Assembly: GCA_963845145.1 (NCBI GenBank)
Contig: CAWJQU010000008.1
Location: 320,001-384,000, forward strand
DNA: 64,000 nucleotides
Direction of reading: 5' to 3'
From: an uncultured delta proteobacterium
GTDB lineage: Bacteria > Desulfobacterota > Desulfobacteria > Desulfobacterales > QNYZ01
Positions 59,919 through 64,000 of the stretch are shown piece after piece. Made by a program: the position numbers and the translations under genes. Within the stretch, counting starts at the first letter, position 1, and every line of letters begins with the position of its first letter. The notes beneath the pieces are model-generated. The model worked only from the letters and a program-made list of their open reading frames with translations. It was not told the origin of the DNA and did no database searches.

Positions 59919-61307
59919 TTACGACACCAGTACCCTTTTTAAATCAATGCCGTATTTTTTCATGCGATTCCACACCGTCACCCGATTGATACCAAGCACT
60001 TTGGCCGCCTGGGTCTGATTTCCCCCCGTTTGGCGCAGGGCTTGGATCAATGCTTCTTTCTCGGCAACCCCTTGGGATGTGGTGGTCATCTGTTCAGACG
60101 CGAATGTCGTCCCAGAGATCATTTGCGGTGGAAGTTGCCCAAGGCCGATAACTTTATTTTCGGCCACAACAAAGGCATATTCCAACGCACTCTTTAATTC
60201 ACGAACATTCCCCGGCCAAACATAGGACATGAACTGTTCCATGGCTTCCTGGCTCAGTCGTACGATATTCTTTCCGGTACTTTTGTTAAGCCGTCGAATA
60301 AACGTGGTGGCCAGTAAGGGAATATCCTCTTTGCGTTCTCGTAAAGGCGGCAAAAGGATGGGAATAATATTGATTCGGAAAAAAAGATCCTCTCGAAAAA
60401 CGTTTTGGGCGATCAGTTTTTCCAGTTTTTTATTGGTTGCAGTAATAATCCGAACAGTTACCGAAACCGATCGATGATCCCCTACCCGCTCGAACCGGCC
60501 CGTTTCCAAGACCCTTAAAAGTTTAACCTGAGTTGACAAGGGCACGTCACCGATTTCGTCCAGAAACAGATCCCCGCCATCTGCTGCCTCGAATCGGCCG
60601 ATACGATGTCGGTAGGCACCGGTGAAAGCGCCTTTGATGTGCCCAAACAACTCGCTTTCCAACAACGCATCATTTAGAGCTGCACAATTAAATTGTACGA
60701 AAGGGCCTTTACGGTTCTGGCCGCAGCGATGGATTGCATGGGCCACCATCTCCTTACCTGTACCGCTCTCACCGTAAACAATCACCGGCGCGTCACTTTG
60801 AGCCGCTTTTTTAACAACGCTGAACACCCGCTGCATGATTGCCGATTGGCCGATCATTCCACAAAACCCCTGGCCGGTATCAAGCTGACGGGAAAGTTGA
60901 GACACTCTTTGATCCAAGCGGTCAAGCTCAGAGATATCCATAATGGTCTCCACCGCCCCGATGGGTTCCCCATCATCGTCTCTTAAAACTGACGCATTTT
61001 TGATTGCCGACACATAGGTTCCGTCCTTTCTCAGAATATGACACCGGCATTTCTTGATGTCCTTCTGGCCTTCTTCAAACAGGCGGCACACCCAACGACC
61101 ATTTTTCATTTTCCATGTTTTTTCGCAGGCATCACATTTTAATACGGTGCAGGGTTTCCCGACGATCTCACTGGTTGTATAGCCCGTCAACTCTTCAAGC
61201 GCTTGATTGGCCATTAGTATGGATCCATCCGGACCGATCAGCATCAGAGCGTCATTCATGGTATCGATGATCCGCTTCCAATATCGATTGATTTCATGTT
61301 CTTCCAT
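59919..61307 (-). CDS. sigma-54 enhancer-binding protein (PAS-AAA+-Fis HTH)
   Basis: GESGTGKE, ESELFGH, GAFTGA, LFLDEIG, WPGNVREL, C-terminal HTH; Cys-rich PAS. Confidence 0.95.
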   Translation of the reverse strand: MEEHEINRYWKRIIDTMNDALMLIGPDGSILMANQALEELTGYTTSEIVGKPCTVLKCDACEKTWKMKNGRWVCRLFEEGQKDIKKCRCHILRKDGTYVSAIKNASVLRDDDGEPIGAVETIMDISELDRLDQRVSQLSRQLDTGQGFCGMIGQSAIMQRVFSVVKKAAQSDAPVIVYGESGTGKEMVAHAIHRCGQNRKGPFVQFNCAALNDALLESELFGHIKGAFTGAYRHRIGRFEAADGGDLFLDEIGDVPLSTQVKLLRVLETGRFERVGDHRSVSVTVRIITATNKKLEKLIAQNVFREDLFFRINIIPILLPPLRERKEDIPLLATTFIRRLNKSTGKNIVRLSQEAMEQFMSYVWPGNVRELKSALEYAFVVAENKVIGLGQLPPQMISGTTFASEQMTTTSQGVAEKEALIQALRQTGGNQTQAAKVLGINRVTVWNRMKKYGIDLKRVLVS

Positions 61308-61340
61308 TGATGACCCCCATCCATTGCATTTCCCATGCGG

Positions 61341-61398
61341 TTAACAATTGTTAAATATGTTTAAACAGCCGTTTAAATATAACGCCTACAGTTTAAAC
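61341..61398. promoter_or_regulatory. candidate upstream activator sequences
   Basis: Palindromes TTAACAATTGTTAA, TGTTTAAACA and GTTTAAAC about 75-135 bp upstream of the sigma-54 promoter. Confidence 0.5.
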
Positions 61399-61473
61399 AA
61401 GTCAAGCTTTTATTAAAAGTATATAGTTCATTATTTTAGATAGTTATTGAATTCTATCCAAAACTCAATGATT

Positions 61474-61488
61474 CGGCACAGCTGTTGC
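61474..61488 (+). promoter_or_regulatory. sigma-54 -24/-12 promoter of the tusA-like/hybAB-like operon
   Basis: CGGCAC-AGCTG-TTGC, divergent from the enhancer-binding protein gene. Confidence 0.75.
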
Positions 61489-61542
61489 TAATATAGAAAA
61501 CAGCTTCAAAAATCAGGTGATGGGTAACATCGAGAAACAATT

Positions 61543-61770
61543 ATGACGACTCAAACAGAATTGAATTTGATCGGTGTTTTTTTTCCAATTTGCTTGCTGA
61601 AATGTAAAAGTACGCTTCATGCCATGCATCCAGGCGAACGAATGGATGTATTGGTATCCGATCCGGAGGTTTTAGACGAGTTGGAAAAAATCATTAGACG
61701 CTCCAAAGATCAAATCATCCACCGCCTGAAGAAGCCGGATCATTGTCGACTCCGCATTCAAAAAGGGTAA
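61543..61770 (+). CDS. TusA/SirA-family small protein with degenerate CPxP motif
   Basis: LNLIGVFFPICLLK..MHPGERMDVLVSDP..LRIQKG. Confidence 0.75.
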   Translation: MTTQTELNLIGVFFPICLLKCKSTLHAMHPGERMDVLVSDPEVLDELEKIIRRSKDQIIHRLKKPDHCRLRIQKG

Positions 61771-61834
61771 TGCAATCATTTGCTACGACATTGAATGATG
61801 ATTGCGGCCCAAACGGTCAGTGAAAGGATGTACA

Positions 61835-62773
61835 ATGGAAATCAACCGACGGTACTTCTTGAGGTTGACAAGCGCCATGGCCGCCACGGCGGTTTTGCCT
61901 ATAACCGAGCCTGCCGACGCATCCCAACCACACCAAGCGACTGATAAAGAATATGGCTGTTTGGTAGATACGACTTTGTGCGTGGGTTGCCGCAAATGCG
62001 AACAGGCCTGCAATGAACGCCACCACCTACCCAAACCGAAAGATCGGTTTGACGAACTGGCCGTGTTGGAAAAAGAGCGACGCATGGATGAAACCACCTA
62101 TACGGTGGTCAATAAATACTATCCGAATAATGTCGGCACACTGACCTGGCGCGATCGACCTGAGTTTGTCAAGTTTCAATGCATGCATTGCAATGACCCT
62201 TCGTGTGTGTCGGCCTGTATCGTCGGTGCCCTGACCAAGCAGGAAAACGGGGCGGTCATCTACGATGCCAAAAAGTGTATCGGATGCCGTTACTGCATGG
62301 TCGCCTGCCCCTTCCAGGTGCCGGCCTACGAGTATCACGATGCCCTCACGCCGGAGGTGCGAAAGTGCACCTTCTGCTACCAACATATCAAAGATGGTGG
62401 TTTGCCTGCCTGCGCCCAAATCTGTCCTCGAGAAGTCATTACCTTTGGTAAGAAGGAGGCGCTATTGCAGCTGGCCCGTTGGAAAATGAAAAAAAGTCCC
62501 GGTAAGTATGTGGAGCATATCTACGGTGAGCATGAAGTGGGTGGAACCTCGTGGCTCTACCTGGCATCCGAACCGTTTGAAACCATAGGATTTCCCAAGT
62601 TAGGTGTCAAAGCCCCTCCGCGGTTGACCGAGACGATTCAACACAGCCTGTTTCAGTATTTCGCCGCCCCTATTCTGTTGTATGGGGCCTTGGGCGGCAT
62701 CATGTGGGCTACAGGGTATCTAAAAAACAATCATCGAAAAAGCGGTGAGAACCACCAGGGAGAAACGACATGA
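61835..62773 (+). CDS. Tat-exported 4x[4Fe-4S] subunit (HybA/HmcB-like)
   Basis: NRRYFL twin-Arg signal; CVGCRKC, CMHC..C, CIGCRYC, CTFC; GEHEVGGTSWL; C-terminal TM. Confidence 0.9.
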   Translation: MEINRRYFLRLTSAMAATAVLPITEPADASQPHQATDKEYGCLVDTTLCVGCRKCEQACNERHHLPKPKDRFDELAVLEKERRMDETTYTVVNKYYPNNVGTLTWRDRPEFVKFQCMHCNDPSCVSACIVGALTKQENGAVIYDAKKCIGCRYCMVACPFQVPAYEYHDALTPEVRKCTFCYQHIKDGGLPACAQICPREVITFGKKEALLQLARWKMKKSPGKYVEHIYGEHEVGGTSWLYLASEPFETIGFPKLGVKAPPRLTETIQHSLFQYFAAPILLYGALGGIMWATGYLKNNHRKSGENHQGETT

Positions 62774-64000
62774 AATCCCATGAAGTCGCTAAACCGGTCG
62801 ATGAAAAATTCCTTACGCCGGGCGTCATGGTGTTGTTGGCGTTGATGGCCATTGGAGGGGCCTTCGTCGCAGCCCGTTTTTTGTTCGGTATCGGAAAAGT
62901 GGCCAACCTGAACAATCAGGTCCCCTGGGGAATCTGGATTGGTATCGATGTGGCCTCTGGTGTCGCTCTGGCGGCCGGTGGGTTTACCACTGGTGCCATT
63001 GCCTACGTCTTTAACCGTGATCAATATCATGCCGTGATACGACCGGCTCTTTTGACGGCCATGCTGGGTTATACCTTTGTCGTTTTGGGACTACTGGTCG
63101 ATATCGGACGTTACTGGAATATCTACAGCCCACTTTTTAACTGGAACGGCAACTCGGTGCTTTTTGAAGTGGCCATGTGTGTCATGATCTATTTAAACGT
63201 ACTCTATATCGAGTTTATCCCCATCGTCGTTGAGCGCTTCAAAGGGCAGGTCAATTTACCCGGATTTTTGGTGGGTTTGAACCAATTGGCAGAAAAACTT
63301 CTCACGATCGCTGACAAAATTCTAGGTAAAATCATGTTCATTTTCATCATCGCCGGAATCGTACTCTCCTGTCTGCACCAGTCGAGTCTCGGCTCACTGA
63401 TGCTCATCGCTCCCTACAAGGTTCACCCTTTGTGGTATACACCCATTTTGCCACTGTTATTCCTGTTGTCCGCCTTTGCGGCCGGATACCCCATGGTCAC
63501 TTTCGAATCCATCATCGTCTCCAGTTCCTTTAACCGCAAACCGGAAATGGATGTTCTTACACCGTTGGCCAAATACATGCCGGTCTTGATGGGTCTCTAT
63601 TTGATCTTCAAAATTGGCGATATGATGGTAAGGGAGACATATGTCTATCTACTGGATGGCACTTATCAGACCAATGCATTTATCGTAGAAGTGGTATTTG
63701 GTGTGATTCTTCCCTTTGTCCTGCTTTTATTCAGACGGGTCCGACACTCTCCGGGGTGGCTTTTCTTTGCCGCCACGACTTTTGTTTTGGGAATTTTGTT
63801 AAACCGCATCAATGTGTTTGTCGTCAGCTATACGCCGCCTTACCAGCTAACCCGCTACTTTCCCGCCCTGGGGGAAATATTTGTCACCGTGGGGTTGATC
63901 GCAGGGCTGATGTTTCTCTATCGGGTGTTTGTCTTTATCTTTCCGGTCCTCGGTGCGAAACCCGAAAAAATGTCCCCCACTGTTTTGGGTGTAACCGTTT
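62770..64000 (+). CDS. NrfD/PsrC-family membrane subunit (HybB/HmcC-like), runs off the window end
   Basis: Read from sequence: MKSHEVAKP..PWGIWIGIDV..AAGGF..RPALLTAMLGY..SVLFEVAMC..LHQSSLG; no stop seen before 64000. Confidence 0.88.
   Translation, partial: MKSHEVAKPVDEKFLTPGVMVLLALMAIGGAFVAARFLFGIGKVANLNNQVPWGIWIGIDVASGVALAAGGFTTGAIAYVFNRDQYHAVIRPALLTAMLGYTFVVLGLLVDIGRYWNIYSPLFNWNGNSVLFEVAMCVMIYLNVLYIEFIPIVVERFKGQVNLPGFLVGLNQLAEKLLTIADKILGKIMFIFIIAGIVLSCLHQSSLGSLMLIAPYKVHPLWYTPILPLLFLLSAFAAGYPMVTFESIIVSSSFNRKPEMDVLTPLAKYMPVLMGLYLIFKIGDMMVRETYVYLLDGTYQTNAFIVEVVFGVILPFVLLLFRRVRHSPGWLFFAATTFVLGILLNRINVFVVSYTPPYQLTRYFPALGEIFVTVGLIAGLMFLYRVFVFIFPVLGAKPEKMSPTVLGVTV

Overview
A 64 kb, gene-dense chromosomal segment. 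Gene content suggests a deltaproteobacterial anaerobe, probably Desulfobacterales-like (hcp, PEP-CTERM gene, PxxKW protein, HybA/HybB-type membrane redox module, several sigma-54 promoters); this taxonomy is inferred, not searched. Most of the window is housekeeping and metabolism: asd, greA, rpoZ, ttcA, folE2, dacB, dtd, an RND efflux operon, nadE, dinB, ilvD, argJ, truA, kdsD, pfkA, pepA, fadD and a class I fumarase. The stand-out is a visibly AT-richer 13-gene minus-strand cluster (34420 to 23906) behind a consensus sigma-54 promoter. In order it encodes a sensor-less histidine kinase, MglB, MglA, an unknown helical protein, a winged-helix protein, two PatA-N/DUF4388-type proteins (one with a receiver domain), a second divergent roadblock protein, a single-domain receiver, a TPR-(PilB/GspE N-domain)-PilZ-like protein, and a Zn-ribbon-Cache-HAMP membrane receptor with no output domain flanked by two orphan phosphate/phosphonate-type binding proteins. 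A diguanylate cyclase sits divergent to it. It looks like a receptor-coupled small-GTPase signalling system. Also notable: an FGGY kinase + sphingosine-1-phosphate-lyase-like pair, a 142-bp MITE with a 4-bp target duplication, a B12-type radical SAM gene with an expanded Cys motif, and several structured intergenic elements. Four genes are broken by 1-nt indels, mostly in homopolymer runs, which probably reflects sequencing error. No rRNA, tRNA, CRISPR array or transposase was recognised.
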